64,000 nt of DNA from contig NC_086109.1 of assembly GCF_963921235.1 (NCBI RefSeq), positions 8,124,001 through 8,188,000 of the forward strand, read 5' to 3'. A model generated the notes under the pieces. That model made no database searches and was not told the origin of the DNA. It was given only the letters and a program-made list of their open reading frames with translations. Made by a program: the position numbers and the translations under genes. The stretch comes from Mobula hypostoma (Eukaryota). This document shows, piece by piece, positions 22,775 through 35,682 of this stretch (position 1 is the first letter of the stretch; every line of letters starts with the position of its first letter).

Positions 22775-23070
22775 AAACACAAGACACTCTGCAGATGCTG
22801 GAAACCCAGAGCAATGCACACATAAAATTCTGGACGAACTCAGCAGGTCAGGGATCATCTGTGGAAATGGATAAACAACCCCGATATTTCGGGCCGAGGC
22901 ACATCGTCAGGAAACTGTGGATGTTTCAGGGCACAATTCTTCATTACGACCTCCCAGATGAAGGGTCTCAGCCCGAAACATAGATGGTTAATTCATTTCC
23001 ATAGATGTTGCTTGACCTGCTGAGTTCCTCCGGTATTTTGCGAATTGCTCAATTTTTCGGCCTTGTGTTT
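22775..23070. mobile_element. Inverted cluster of Penelope pseudo-LTRs with hammerhead-like cores
   Basis: A minus copy has core CTGACGA (22904-22910)...GAAA. A degenerate second minus core lies at about 22918-22950. A plus copy reads CAGATGA-AGGGTCTCAGCCC-GAAA (22955-22978). The outer arms are complementary (gaactcagcaggtca / tgacctgctgagttc). Confidence 0.8.
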
Positions 23071-23646
23071 CTGTAAACCCAACCAATCCTCTATTCTTGG
23101 CGATGGTATAAGATACTTCTTTTAATCTAGTTCTATCTTAATTAAGGGATAGATCACATTTTCTGCCAATGTTCCATTTCTCTTTGGGTGGACATTGGAA
23201 ATTGGGTGGAAATTGGAAATTTCAATGTTTATTTGATCACAGTATTTTAATGCCATTTTCCCATCTCGTTTGCCAATATCTATGTAATTGTCTTGAGTTT
23301 AAAGCTATTGGTTTTCACTGAATTACACCTGTCAAACAGCATACAAAATTCTGTTGCATTGATAAGGCCCTTCTTCTGTGGATCCCTTTGTCAAACATCT
23401 GTAATTAACCTGGCCTCATTATGCAAACCAGATCTAAATTATCCTGTTTCCCAGTTGGTTTCACAATATACTGTTACAAGAAATAATCCAATGGATATTT
23501 TGTTAATTCAGCCATAAACAATTTTTGCCAATTTGATTTAAATCACAATCTGGTTTATTATCACTGGCAAACGTTGTGAAATTAGTTGTTTTGTGGCAGC
23601 AGTACATGGCAATACATAATAATAAAAAAACTGCAAATTACAGTAA

Positions 23647-23687
<41 letters not shown>

Positions 23688-24059
23688 AATATTTATATTT
23701 AAGTTAAGTAGTGCAAAAAGAGGCGAAAAAAGAAAAGAAATAGTGAGATAGTATATTCATGGCCCATTCCGAAATCTGATGGTGGAGGAGGGTTGGGTTA
23801 AACTGTTCCTAAAACGTTGAGTGTGTGTGTCTTCAGGCTTCTGTGCCTCATCCTTGATGGTAGCAACAAGAAGGGGACGTGTCCTGGTTGCTGGGGTCCT
23901 TAACAATGGATGCCGCCTTTTTGAGGCATCCATTGTTATGATGATTAAAGTCTCCCATGTTATTTGTGCTGCTTTGTTACAATCTTGTCTAACTTTAGTC
24001 TGGTCAGTACGTTGATGGTGAGGGTTGCCCTAGAGCTGGTTTGAACAAACTATTCCCAA

Positions 24060-25420
24060 AGAACTTGAATGAACAAGGAACCATGACATGAGGTTCCAAC
24101 ACACTAGGCCACTGCCAAACTACAATAAGGAATGCCTACCGTTCCGTGCCCAGACCACATTTTGGTAAATCTGATTACTTGCCTGTTCTTCTGCCTGGTT
24201 ACAGGCAGAGGCTAAGGAGCAAAGCTTCAGAGATAAGGACACAAAGGGGTGGTCATGGGAGGCAGAGGAATGGCTATGGGATTGCTTTGAGGCGGTGAAC
24301 TGGGCTGTGTTCAGGGACTCATCTGTGGATCTGAATGAATACACTGTGGTTGTCGTGGATTTTTCAGAACAGTTGTAGACGACCGTGTCCCAACAAAATC
24401 ATTCAGAGACTTCCCCAACCAGAAATTTAGGATGAACCGTGAGATCCATAATCTGTTGAGGACCAGATTAAGTCTGGTGATCAAGAGAGTTACAAGAGGT
24501 CCAGGTGCAATCTCTGGAAAAACCACCTTGTGGGCAAAGTGGCAATTTCAGACTAAACTTGAATCAATGAAGGATGTTCAACAGCTACGTCAGGGCTTGA
24601 ATGCCGTCACCTCCTACAAAGTGAAATCAAGCAACACAGGTGACAACAGGGCTATGGTTCCAGATGAGTTCAATGCCTTCTATGCTCACTTTGACCGTCA
24701 GAACATGGAGGAAAACTCCCACGGCCCCCAATGATCCTGTGATTTCAGTCTCTGAGGATGACGTGCAATAATTCTTCAGGAGGGTGAACCCATGGAAAGC
24801 ACACGGCCCAGATGGGGTACCTGACCAAGCACTAATGACCTGTGCTGATCAACTGGCTGGAGTGTTCACTGAACTCTTTAACTTCTCGCTTCGGCAGTCT
24901 GAGGTCCTCAACTGCTTCAAGCAGGCTTCAGTTATGCTGATGCCTAAGATGAATGCCTCAGTGACTACCCCCCACTAGCACTTATATCCACAGTGATGAA
25001 ATATTTTGAGAGGTTGATGATGAAACTGCCTGAGAAGTGATTTGAATCCTCTCCAGTTTGCAACAGGTCCACAGCAGATGCCATCTCATTGGCTCTTTAC
25101 TCAACCCTGGAACATCTGGACGGTAAGGATGCATACATCAGGATGCTCTTTATCGACTACAGCTCAGCATTCAATACTATCATCCCCTCAAAACTAATTA
25201 ATAAGCTTCATGACCTTGGTTTCAATCTCTCCTTGTACAACTGGATTCTCGATTTCCTCACTTTCAGACTCCTGTCAGTTCAGATTGGCAGCAACATCTC
25301 CTCCACAATCTCCATCAGCACAGGGGTACCAAAAGGCTTTGTGCTTGGCCCCCACGCTACTTGCTTTACCCTTATGAACGTATGGCTAATCACAGCTCCA
25401 ACGCCACATTTAAACTTGCT
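24060..25420 (+). mobile_element. Rex1/Babar LINE internal RT fragment, decayed
   Basis: KAHGPDGVP...CADQLAGVFTELFNFSL and [23 protein letters not shown] motifs. Confidence 0.85.
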
Positions 25421-25715
25421 GAAGTTAAGCTTTGTTCAAGTTTGCCATATAATGGAATAATTATCCAAAAGGATTAGATTAAATAGGGGTCATAAGCAGA
25501 ACTAATTTGGCATACAATTTTGAGCCAAGGAACCTACTCCTGTGCAGTACCGTTCTATGTAATTGTTCAGCTGTCCAGGTAGTTCCGAATCTGGTTTATT
25601 ATCTCTGTCATATCTCGTGAAATTTGTTGTCTTGTGGCAGCAGTGCAGTGCAGCGCATAAAATATACTACAAATTATATTAAGATTTATATAAAAAAGAG
25701 TAAAATAGTGTGGTA

Positions 25716-27154
25716 CAGGTTTCCCCCGCCATCCGAAGGTAGAGTGTTCCTATGAAAGGGTTTGTAAGCCGGAAGGTCGTAAAGCGAAGAAGCAATTACC
25801 ATTTATTTATATGGGGAAAATTTGTGAGCGTTCGCAGACCCGAAAATAACCTACCAAATCATGCCAAATAACACATAAAACCTAAAATAACTGTAACATA
25901 TAGTAAAAGCAGGAATGATATGATAAATAAACAGCCTATATAAAGTAGAAATAATGTATGTACAGTGTAGTAACACTTACGGGAATCGGGAAGATATCGA
26001 GCACGCTGATGATGGTGTGTAGGCTGAGTCGTCGGAGGTTGGGGTGATGCAGTGGCCCCCACCCTCCGGGCTGCCGACTGATACCGATCCGCGAAGAATG
26101 CAGTGGTAGCCGGGATGCACCCAGCACATCTTTAAGAAAAAAGCCAAAATAAACAAGCTAATTAATTAGGTGCCGCCTGGCACGTAAATGTCGGCCCAGA
26201 TCAGAGGCGACGCAATCGGCAATTGCCTCTGATCTGGGCCGACATTTATGTGCCGGGTGGGACCTAATTAATTAACTTGTTTATTTCGGCTTTTTTCTTA
26301 AAGATGTGCTGGGTGCGTCCCAGCTACCGCTGCATTTTCCGCAAATCGGTATCTGTCCGCGGCCCAGGGGTTGGGTGGTGTGACACTGGGGTTTCATCTC
26401 ATTGTCGATCAGGGCAGACAGGTCATCTTCTTCTATGTCTGCCTGCCTCGATGGCGAAGGTCGAGGTTTGTCGTCTGCTAAAGGCTTGCTTGACTGCTAG
26501 CCTCGCGCATTTTTCTACCATACAGTTCTTTGTAAGCACTCAAACCATCTTGCAAATATGCCCTAAACCTCCGTATCCTTTCAAAATTAAAGTCGTACTT
26601 TATCATTGCAGCGAAAATCTCACGCAGTTGCTTCACGTTCAGGTCCTGGACGACTTCACTTTCGGCCCGTTCACTACTGCATTCGATTTCGATTGTTATC
26701 CTTTCCTCTTCCAATTGCATCAGCTCTTCATCTATCAGTTCTTGGTCATGGGATGCCAAACCTCTTCAACATCATCTTCGTCAACTTCCACAAGCCAAAC
26801 TTTGTCCTTACTTCATTCACCACGATCGAAAAGCTTAATTATGTCCAGTTTTACACTAAGTGTAACACCCTTACGAGCTCTTTTAGGCTTTTCCAATACC
26901 TTAGAGCTCATCTTGCTAACAGCTGCTCATAGGCACATGTTTAAGCAATGCCGGCTAGAATGCAGTTCCGAATCCAGGGGAGGATCGGCTGCACAGGGCG
27001 CGCGCTGCTTTTTTTCCCGCGCTGCTTTTTCCTCGTGCTGCCTTTTATCGTAACAGTGAAAACACCTTCTGTTAGCGAAAACAGGGAACTAATGTAGATC
27101 TTTCGTAACAGTGAGGTTCCATAAAGCAAACGTTCGAAAAGCGGGGGACACCTG
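25716..27154 (-). mobile_element. Tigger/pogo-like internally deleted DNA transposon, inserted in a Rex1 3' end
   Basis: TA TSD at 25714-15 and 27155-56; TIRs CAGGTTTCCCCCGC / GCGGGGGACACCTG. On the minus strand from ATG 26911, MSSKVLEKPKRARKGVTLSVKLDIIKLFDRGE (CENP-B-type HTH start) is joined to a Tigger-like C-terminus SHDQELIDEELMQLEEER...YDFNFER...YKELY. Confidence 0.85.
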
Positions 27155-28882
27155 TAGTGTTCATGGGTTCATTGTCCATTCAGGAATCTGATGGCAGAGG
27201 GGAAGAAGCTGTTCCTAAAACATTGAGTGTGGGTCTTTTGGCTTCTGTAGCTCCTCTCTGATAGTAGTAATGAGAAGGTGGCATGTCCTGGATGGTGAGA
27301 GTCTTTAATGATAGATGCCACCTTCTTGAGGCATCACCTATTTAAGATGCCCTCGATGGTGAGGAAGCTTGTGCCCATGGTGGAGCAGGCTGATTTTCTA
27401 ACCCTCTGCAGCCTGTGCGTTGGTCCCTCTGTACCAGAAGTTGATGCAGCCAGTCAGAATGCTCTCCATGGTACATCCGAGGACACTTTCTCGTGATTTT
27501 GGTGACGTAGCAAATCTCTTCAAACTACTCATGAGATATAGCAGCTGTTGTGCCATCTTCGTTGTTGCATCAATGTGTTGGGCTCAGGGGAGAACTTCTG
27601 AGACGTTGACACACAGGAATTTAAGACTGCCTACCTTTAGATGTACACTGCTGTGCTTTCATCAGCCAATTGCACAACGCTTGTTCACCCAGGTTACTCC
27701 CAACACCTCCCACTCTCCTGGTGCCTTCCACCAAAGAATATCACAAACAGCTGATCCATGGCATTACCACCCCCTGCGAATTCCCTTCTGACTTGGAAAT
27801 GTACAAAGTTCCAAGTAAATTTATATCAAAGCACGTGTATGTCAGCATATACAGTACTACCTAGAGATTCATTTTCTTGCAGGCATTCACAGTGGATAAA
27901 AAAAAATACAGTAGAATCAATGGACAACTACACACAGAGACTGACAAACAGCCAGTGTGCAAAAGAGGACAGACTGTGCAAATACGAAAATAGATAGATA
28001 GAAAGATAGCTAGAAAAATAGAAAGGGAGAAAGATAGAAAGAATATGAGTCATAGAGTTCTTGAAAGTGAGTCTGTAGGTTGGAGAATCAGTTCAGAGTT
28101 GAATTGACTAAAGTTATCCACGCTGGTTCAGGAACTTGATTACAGAAGGGTAATAACTGTTCCTGAACCTGATGATGTGGGACCTAAGGCTCCTGTAAAC
28201 TCCTTGGATCCCTCACCTTCATTGGATCTAAGTCAAGGAGCTCCCTCTCCACCAGCGCTGTGGTAGGACCTTCAGAAGGATCACTATCGTTCCAGGAGGC
28301 TGCTCACCAGCACCTTCGCCAAGGCATTTAGGACAGTAAATGTCAGTGATGTCTGCACTGTGTAAAACAAAAAGTCAATAAATCAAACTGTTATCTTCTC
28401 TCAGCCTGAACAGATGTGAACAAGGGCTGTAGGGAGAATAGCAAACTGACCTTGGCAGAGTAAACCATTCAGCTAGCAAGAGTGAAAATGAAAGTATTAC
28501 GTGAAGTGTTGAATTGTTTTGTTATTAATGTAATGAGCAGATATATAATCCTAAATACAGAAAGGATTGCTTATCGAGGAATTGAGTAAATCAGCTTTAA
28601 TGCTCATTACATTTTCTGTGATAAAAATTCTGATAATGTGCAACAAATCCGTCAGCATCTGTGGAGAACTGGCAAACAGGATGGTCCTTGAAGAAATGGT
28701 GACGTTGGTGGGGAAGGAGATTAGGGTCAGTGAGAAGCTGCAGAGAGTGGGTTAAAAGGCCAAGTGCTTGTTCTGCTGTTAGGGATTTGAATTTTCCTGC
28801 TTTCGTTAAAAGTTTAATTATTCCTGAAGGGTCAGTTTGCTGGACTTCAACTTTGAATGAAATCATTCTCAATAGTTTATAG

Positions 28883-28949
28883 CAGGGTGTCTACAGACCC
28901 ATTGCTTAATGGTATTGGTCCATGGCATAAATAAGTTTGGGAACCCCTG
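28883..28949. mobile_element. hAT MITE, same family as 21091
   Basis: Perfect 8-bp TSD gtttatag; ends tttgggaacccctg. Confidence 0.8.
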
Positions 28950-29377
28950 GTTTATAGAGTCATAGAGCACTACAGCACCAAAATAGGCTCTTCAGCCCAT
29001 CTAGAACACACTGAACTGTTATTCGGTCTTGTCTCATCAACAAGCAACTCCATACCCCTCCCATCCATGTACCCATCCAAACTTAAATGTTGCAAGCAAA
29101 TCATCCACCACTTGTGCTGGCCTCTCGTTCCACACTCGCACCACCCGCTGAGTGAAGAAATTTCCCCTCAGGTTCACCTTAAGTACCTCACCTTTCACCC
29201 TAAACCTATGACCTCTAATTCTGCCTCGGTGGAAAAAGCCTGGTTGCATTTAGTCTATCTATGCCCCTCATAATTTTGTATGCCTCTATCAAATCTCCCG
29301 TCACTCTCCTACACTCCAGGAAATAAAGTCCTAACCTACTCAACTTTTCCCTATAACTCTGGTCCTCAAGTTTTGGC

Positions 29378-29624
29378 TGTTGGTGTATTTAATATTAAAG
29401 TAATATTTCAGTAAGCTTGTGTGTATATATTTGATTAAACATTCTTGTTCATTTAAATAATTAATTGTGAGTTATATGTAAAAATATGTTAGTTGCATAC
29501 ATCATCATGCTACCTTGTGATACGTGCGCACCTCGCTTAAGGTAAACACGAAGTAGACTCACATTTCGGACTCCCGTGTCTTCCTTTGAATTAGTTTGAT
29601 GTTTTGAAGTTACCAAATATAACA
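29378..29624. mobile_element. Probable solo LTR inserted in a minus-strand CR1 3' fragment
   Basis: TGTT...AACA termini; flanks ttggc / ctggc (5-bp TSD, 1 mismatch). The CR1 sequence resumes colinearly on both sides. Confidence 0.65.
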
Positions 29625-29714
29625 CTGGCAATGTCCTTATAAATCTTCCCTGCACTCTTTCAGTCTTATTGGAGTCTTTCCTTTGGGCTGATAATTTAGA
29701 GGTGGTGAGTTGAT

Positions 29715-29962
29715 TGGGGTTGAACTTACGGCGTAGCATTCGCTGTTACAGCACCAGTGATACGAGTTTATTCCCGCCGCTGTCTGTAAGGAGTTTGCAC
29801 GTACTTCTCGTGACTGCGTGGGTTTCCTCCGGGTGCTCCGGTTTCCTTTCACATTCCAAAGACGCAAAGGTTAATTAGTCACATGGGTGTAGTATGGTGG
29901 CGTGGGCTCATTGGGCTGGAGGGCGTGTAACATACTGTGTCTCTAAACAAATAATTAAATAA
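29715..29962 (+). mobile_element. V-SINE (HE1-like)
   Basis: V-domain ggagtttgcacgt...ctgcgtgggtttcctccgggtgctccggtttcc...cacattccaaagac. Confidence 0.8.
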
Positions 29963-30320
29963 AGTCACGTAGTGATTGAGCCAGTGGAAGAATCCAAAGG
30001 TCTGCTTCACAACAGGTAACATCCTAACCTATTCAATCTTTCCCTTTAACTTAGTATACTCTGACTTAAGGAGAAGCAGTTCTCTCATCATTTGAAACGT
30101 TCTCAAGAATACTTGACTCTGATATAAGTCTCAATATCACCCACCCTGCTCATGGATTGCTCCTCCCATTCCCATCAGGGAGGAGGCAATGAGCATCCAC
30201 GCCAGGGACCTCCAGACTCCAAAACAGTTACTTTCCCCAAGCAGCAAGGCTGATCAACACCTCCACCTACAAATCTATCCCACCACATCCCCGTCCCTAC
30301 CACTACTTTATCGTTTCCTA

Positions 30321-30445
30321 AGCAACACGCACAAAATGCTGGAGGAACTCAGCAGGTCAGGCAGCACCTATAGAAATGAATACATAGTTGATGTTTTGGA
30401 CCGGGATCCTTCTTCAGGACTGGAAAGGAAAGGGGAAGATGGCTT
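30321..30445 (-). mobile_element. Penelope pseudo-LTR (hammerhead GAAA changed to AAAA), inside a Rex1-type 3' end
   Basis: The minus strand reads agtcCTGAAGA-AGGATCCCGGTCC-AAAACATC, followed by the pLTR consensus. Confidence 0.75.
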
Positions 30446-31252
30446 TCATTTCCGGTCAGTCATCTGGAGTACAGATACTCCTGTACCTAGCATCACTTTT
30501 ATGTACATACAATCTTATGTATATATATTTATTCTGCCTTTTTATTATTGTGTTCTCTGTCGTATTATGTATTTTTTTGTGCTGTATTGGATCTAGAGTA
30601 ACAATTATTTTGCTCTTTACTCTGTACTGGAAATGGCATTAAGCGATCTTCTTATCGGGCACGCTCCTCAACGTGTGTGGCAAATTTTCCATCTAAAGTT
30701 TTAAACTAACTTTTAAAACACTGCTCTGCTCCAAGCTTAAGCTATGTACACTGTGCTTGGGTAAAGTTGAGATAAGCAGGTCTCTTGGGACCTGTGCTCC
30801 GGCGTGTTGTGGTGGTATCTCTGCACTTGTGCCTCGGGCAGAAATACTGCCATTATTTATTTCTCAAAGGTCTTCATTTTTGTATTTTTCCACACGGCTT
30901 CCTCCCATCTCTCTCTGTTGTTCACAGCGCTCTGTCTGTCTCGGAAAGATCATGGCTCTAAACAGCACACTTGGGGGGGGGGGGTGGCGCCAGAGGTAGG
31001 TTATTTTTTACACAGAGAGGTGAGTGCGTGGAACGCGCTGCAGGGGCTGTGCCAGAGGCGGGTGGAACGTGGAACTGAATCAGAATCAGGTTTATTATCA
31101 CTGACACGTGTCATGTGGTGGCAGCAGCACAGTGCAATGCATAAAATATACTATAAATTAAAATAAGAAGTAGAGATATACTTAGTACTGCAAAAAAAAA
31201 GCAAAAATAGGTAATGTTCTTGGGTTCATGGACCATTCAGAAACCTGAGTTT

Positions 31253-31920
31253 TTGAATTGACTTTATTTCTTACATCCTTCACGTACATGAGCAGTAAAA
31301 ATCTTTATGTTACGTCTCCATCTAAATGTACAATCATAGTAATTTATAATAAATAGGACAGTCAGTGTAATACAGAGTACACTCAAGTCAGCATCAGTTC
31401 GTCAGTCTGATGGCCTGGTGGAAGAAGCCTGTTGGTCCTGGCTTTTATGCTGCAGTACTGTTTCCTGGATGGTAGCAGCTGGAATAGATCGTGGTTGGGG
31501 TGACCCGGGTCCCCAGTGATCCTACGGGTCCTTTTTACACACCTGTCCGGAATCATGGGAAGTTCACAACTAGGGATGGGCTGGGCTATCCGCACCACTC
31601 TCTGCAAAGTCCTGCGATTGAGGAAAGTACAGTTCCCGTACCAGGCAGTGTTGCAGCCAGTCAGGATGCTCTCAATTGTGCCCCTGTAGAAAGTTCTTAG
31701 GATGTGGGGGCCCACACCAAACTTCCTCAACCATCTGAGATGAAAGAGGTGCTGTTGTGCCTTTTTCACCACACAGCTGGTGTGTACAGACCACGTGAGG
31801 TCCTCAGTGATGTGGATGCAGAGGAACTTGAAGCTGTTTACCCTCTCAACCTCAGATCCATTGGTGTCAATAGGGGTTAGCCCATCTCCATTCCTCCTGT
31901 AATCCACAACCAGCTCCTTC
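31253..31920 (-). mobile_element. Rex1/Babar LINE 3' fragment
   Basis: Minus ORF 31383-31907: VERVNSFKFLCIHITEDLTWS...KKAQQHLFHLRWLRKFG...TIESILTGCNTAWYGNC. Confidence 0.88.
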
Positions 31921-32197
31921 TAAAATGGTGAGTTGTGTCTCCAGGCTGTACAGCACAGAACAGGCCCTTCGGCCCATGATGTTGTGCCAACCCTTTAACC
32001 TACTCCAAAGTCACTCCCTCCCTTCTCTCCCATGTACCCCTTACCATTTTCTTTCATCCATATGCCTGTCTAAGAGTCTCTGAAATGTCCCTAATGTGTC
32101 TGTCTCTACCACCACCCTTGGCAGTCCATTCCAAACACCCACCACTCTAAAACCTACTTCAGACATCCCCCTATACTTTCCTCCCAACACCTTATAG

Positions 32198-32268
32198 CAG
32201 GGGTTCTCAACTTTTTCATGCCATGGACCCGTACCCATTAACCATGGACCACAGGTTGGGAACCCCTG
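32198..32268. mobile_element. hAT MITE between two oppositely oriented CR1 3' ends
   Basis: TIRs caggggttctcaac / gttgggaacccctg; no matching TSD. Confidence 0.75.
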
Positions 32269-32836
32269 CAAGGTATGTCTTCTTTGGGGCATTTAAAAGA
32301 CTTAGATAGGCATATGGATGAAAGAATAATGCAAGGATATGTGGGACGGAAGGGTTAGATTGATTTTAGAGTAGGTTAATGGGTCAGTAGAGCATAGTGG
32401 GCTGAATGGCCTGTAGTGTTGTATGTGGTATTTGTAAGATTTGTGAAATCTAAGTTAATAGTACATACAACATTACAGCACAATACAGACTCTACAGCCC
32501 ACAATGCTGTGCCAATCTTGTATTAATTACTTGAGGAACTAAAAGGTAATATTAGGAATGTAGCAGTGGAATTGCTGGATTTTCATTAAACTCTGTCTTA
32601 TTCACTAAACTAAACCAAATAAGGGTGTGTGTGTGTGTGTGTGTGAGATCGAAGCTGTACAAACTCCTTGTAGACAGTGGCGGCGGAATTGAACCCATGT
32701 TAACTGCTATCCTACCCAAAGCGGAGGTTGATAGGATCTTGATTAGTAAGGGTGTCAATGGTTACGGGGGGAAGTCAGGATGATGAGGTTGAGAGGGTTT
32801 TAAAAAATATCAGATGTTATCAATTGGTGGAGCAGA

Positions 32837-33072
32837 CTCGATCGGCCAAATAGCCTAAGTCCTTTCCTATGTCTTCTGGTCTTTTTGGTCTGGTGCTCGA
32901 TTGGCCAAATAGTCTAACTCCTTTCTGATATCTTCTGGTCTTATCGGTCTGGTATTCAATAGGCCAAGTAGCCTAATTTCTGTTCCTATGTCTTCTTGTC
33001 TTATTGGTCTGGTACTCAATGAGCCAAATAGTCTAATTCCTTTCTTATGTCTTCTTGTCTTATCGGTCTGGT
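32837..33072 (+). repeat. Four tandem copies (about 59 bp) of a CR1 3'-terminal unit
   Basis: The unit ctcRat.ggccaaatagYctaa.tcctttcctatgtcttctKgtcttat.ggtctggt occurs four times at the end of a CR1 3' fragment. Confidence 0.85.
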
Positions 33073-34252
33073 TGGCAAATTGGTTGTCATTGAAACATTT
33101 ACTGCAATGCAGTGAAAAACTTCATTTTGCATGCCACGCAGTCTTTCAGCCCTCTCGGCTCAGCGCCTTGGGTGCACTACCCCTTCCCTCCTCCTTTGCT
33201 GAAGTGGATCGTCGTTTTGATGACATTGAGTGAAGGGTTGATGTTGTGGCACCGTGTCACTGTCTCCCTTCTGTCATGGCTGCCCGTCTAGGAGGCTTGG
33301 GGTCGTCAGCTCAGTTTCTGCCTGCGCAGTAGTGTTTGACATCTCTATGAATATTGAGCAGGTTAGGGTTAATACTAGGATAAAGGATAATAAAGATGAG
33401 ATGGAATTATTTCATACTTTTAACGTTAAAAACCTTTGAAGGTATAACACTGAAAATAGCCGTTCTGAGTGTATAATGTGTTATAAGTACAAAGCAGATG
33501 AATACAACAGAGTAAAAGCAAATTTTGATAGTTAATGAGGCATTTTTAATCGCATTTTTCTAATTTACTTTAGTATAAACCCTTAATTTGGGGCATAAAG
33601 TGCTGAGTAATTTGCAACAGCTTGCATTTGTGTACAACCTTTTAATGTAGTCAAAGGTCCCAAGGGGCCCAGCTGGTATTATTTAACAGACTTTGACAGC
33701 AAACACGTAATGAGGAGCCGTTAGGGCAGATGACTCGTGCTTTCGTCGCAAAAGTCAGTGTTAAAGGAGCACCTCTAATGAGGAGCCAGAGAGAGGCAGA
33801 GCTTTAGGGCCCAGGAGCAAGGATACCTTGATGTGTTGTATCTCCTGGAGAAGGATGAAGAGGAGAAAGTCAAGTCAAGTTTATCGTCATTTAACGATAT
33901 ACATGTATATGGTAATGGCGAGTTGCTTGTGGGATGGAGGACAACACCATTCTGTCCCTTGTTAGCGAGTGGGAGTGCCTGTGGCATGTCGACTAGTTTT
34001 CGATGGACCGCAGATCGTGTCTCTCTTTGTGGAGTTTTGCTGTGGGTTTCTTGCTGGGAGGCAGGCGCTGGGTGGAGGGGGGGAGGGTTGATGCTTTGCT
34101 GCCGCTTGTGCGTGGAAAGCGGGAGGTAGGTTTCAGGGTTCTAATGTTTTTTTTCTGTCTTTCCTTCTTTGGGCAACACACGCACGCAAAATGCTGGAGG
34201 AGCTCACCAGTGAACCTTCAAACCAGGGTGTAAAGCACTGTAGTACACATAA

Positions 34253-34880
34253 CCATAGTCATAGTCATACTTTATTGATCCCAGGGGGAAATTGATTTTC
34301 GTTACAGTTGCACCATAAATAATAAATAGTCGTAGAACCATAAATAGTTAAATAGTAATATGTAAGTTATGCCAGTAAATTTGAAATAAGTCCAGGACCA
34401 GCCTATTGGCTCAGGGTGTCTGACCCTCCAAGGGAGGAGTTGTAAAGTTTGATGGCCACAGGCAGGAATGACTTCCTATGACGCTCTGTGTTGCATCTCG
34501 GTGGAATGAGTCTCTGGCTGAATGTACTCCTGTGCCCACCCAGTACATTATGTAGTGGATGGGAGACATTGTCCAAGATGGCATGCAACTCGGACAGCAT
34601 CCTCTTTTCAGACACCACCATCAGAGAGTCCAGTTCCATCCCCACAACATCACCGGCCTTACGAATAAGTCTGTTGATTCTGTTGGTATCTGCTACCCTC
34701 AGCCTGCTGCCCAGCACACAACAGCAAACATGATAGCACTGGCCACCACAGACTCGTAGAACATCCTCAGCATCGTCCGGCAGATGTTAAAGGACCTCAG
34801 TCTCCTCAGGAAGTAGAGACGGCTCTGACCCTTCTTGTAGACAGCCTCAGTGTTCTTTGACCAGTCCAGTTTATTGTCAA
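34253..34880 (-). mobile_element. Young Rex1/Babar LINE 3' fragment with (TATGAC)n tail
   Basis: Minus ORF RINRLIRKAGDVVG...HPLHNVL...CNTERHRKSFLPVAIKLYN; tail catagtcatagtcatactttatt. Confidence 0.85.
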
Positions 34881-35682
34881 TAACACACAGTAACTTATGA
34901 AAGTAAGAATGAAATCTGCAGATGGATTACACACAAGTAAACAAGCTAAAGTGCATAAATTAAATATTGTAAAATACAGAGCCGATTGTCCAGTCACACT
35001 TTAACTGTGATATGGCAGGGAGTTCAAAAGCCTAATGGACTGAGGGAAGAAGCTGTTTCCCATCCTGACTGACTGTTCTCATCTTTATGCACCAGAGTCT
35101 CCTGCTTGATGGTGGAAAGTCAAAGAGGATGCTCGATGAATGGGTGGGATCCTTGATAATCCTGAGGGCTTTGTGTACACAGCACTCCTGATAAATATCC
35201 CTGATGGATGGTAGGAAGACCTCTATGATCTTCTCAGCTGTTCTCACAGTCCTTTGTAGAGACTTCAGGGCCGATGCTCGGCTGCTCCCACACCAGATGG
35301 AGATACAACTTGTCAGGACACTCTCAGTGCAGCCGTGGAGAACAGACAGGAAAATAGAACCACTGATTTGTGGTGCTGCCAGATTGCACTAATGGTGTAG
35401 GTCACGTCAGTGAGGCGGGGGAGGTGGTGGTGGCAAAGTGGAACATAAAATATACAGTGCACCACGTTGGCATAGTGGTTAGCGCGACACAGTTACAACT
35501 TGAGTTCAATTCCGGCGCCATTGGTAAGGAGTTTATTCGTTCTCACTGTGAACTGCGTGGGTTTCCTCCGGGTGCTCCAGTTTCCTCCCAGTTCCATAGA
35601 TGTACTGGTTAGTAAGTTAATTAGTCATTGTAAATTGTCCTGTGATTAGGCCAGGGCTAAATAGGTGGGTTGCTGGCAGGAA

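Noticed and set aside
26277..27053. 258-aa plus-strand ORF
   Set aside because: It is antisense to the Tigger transposase remnant and has no recognisable domain.
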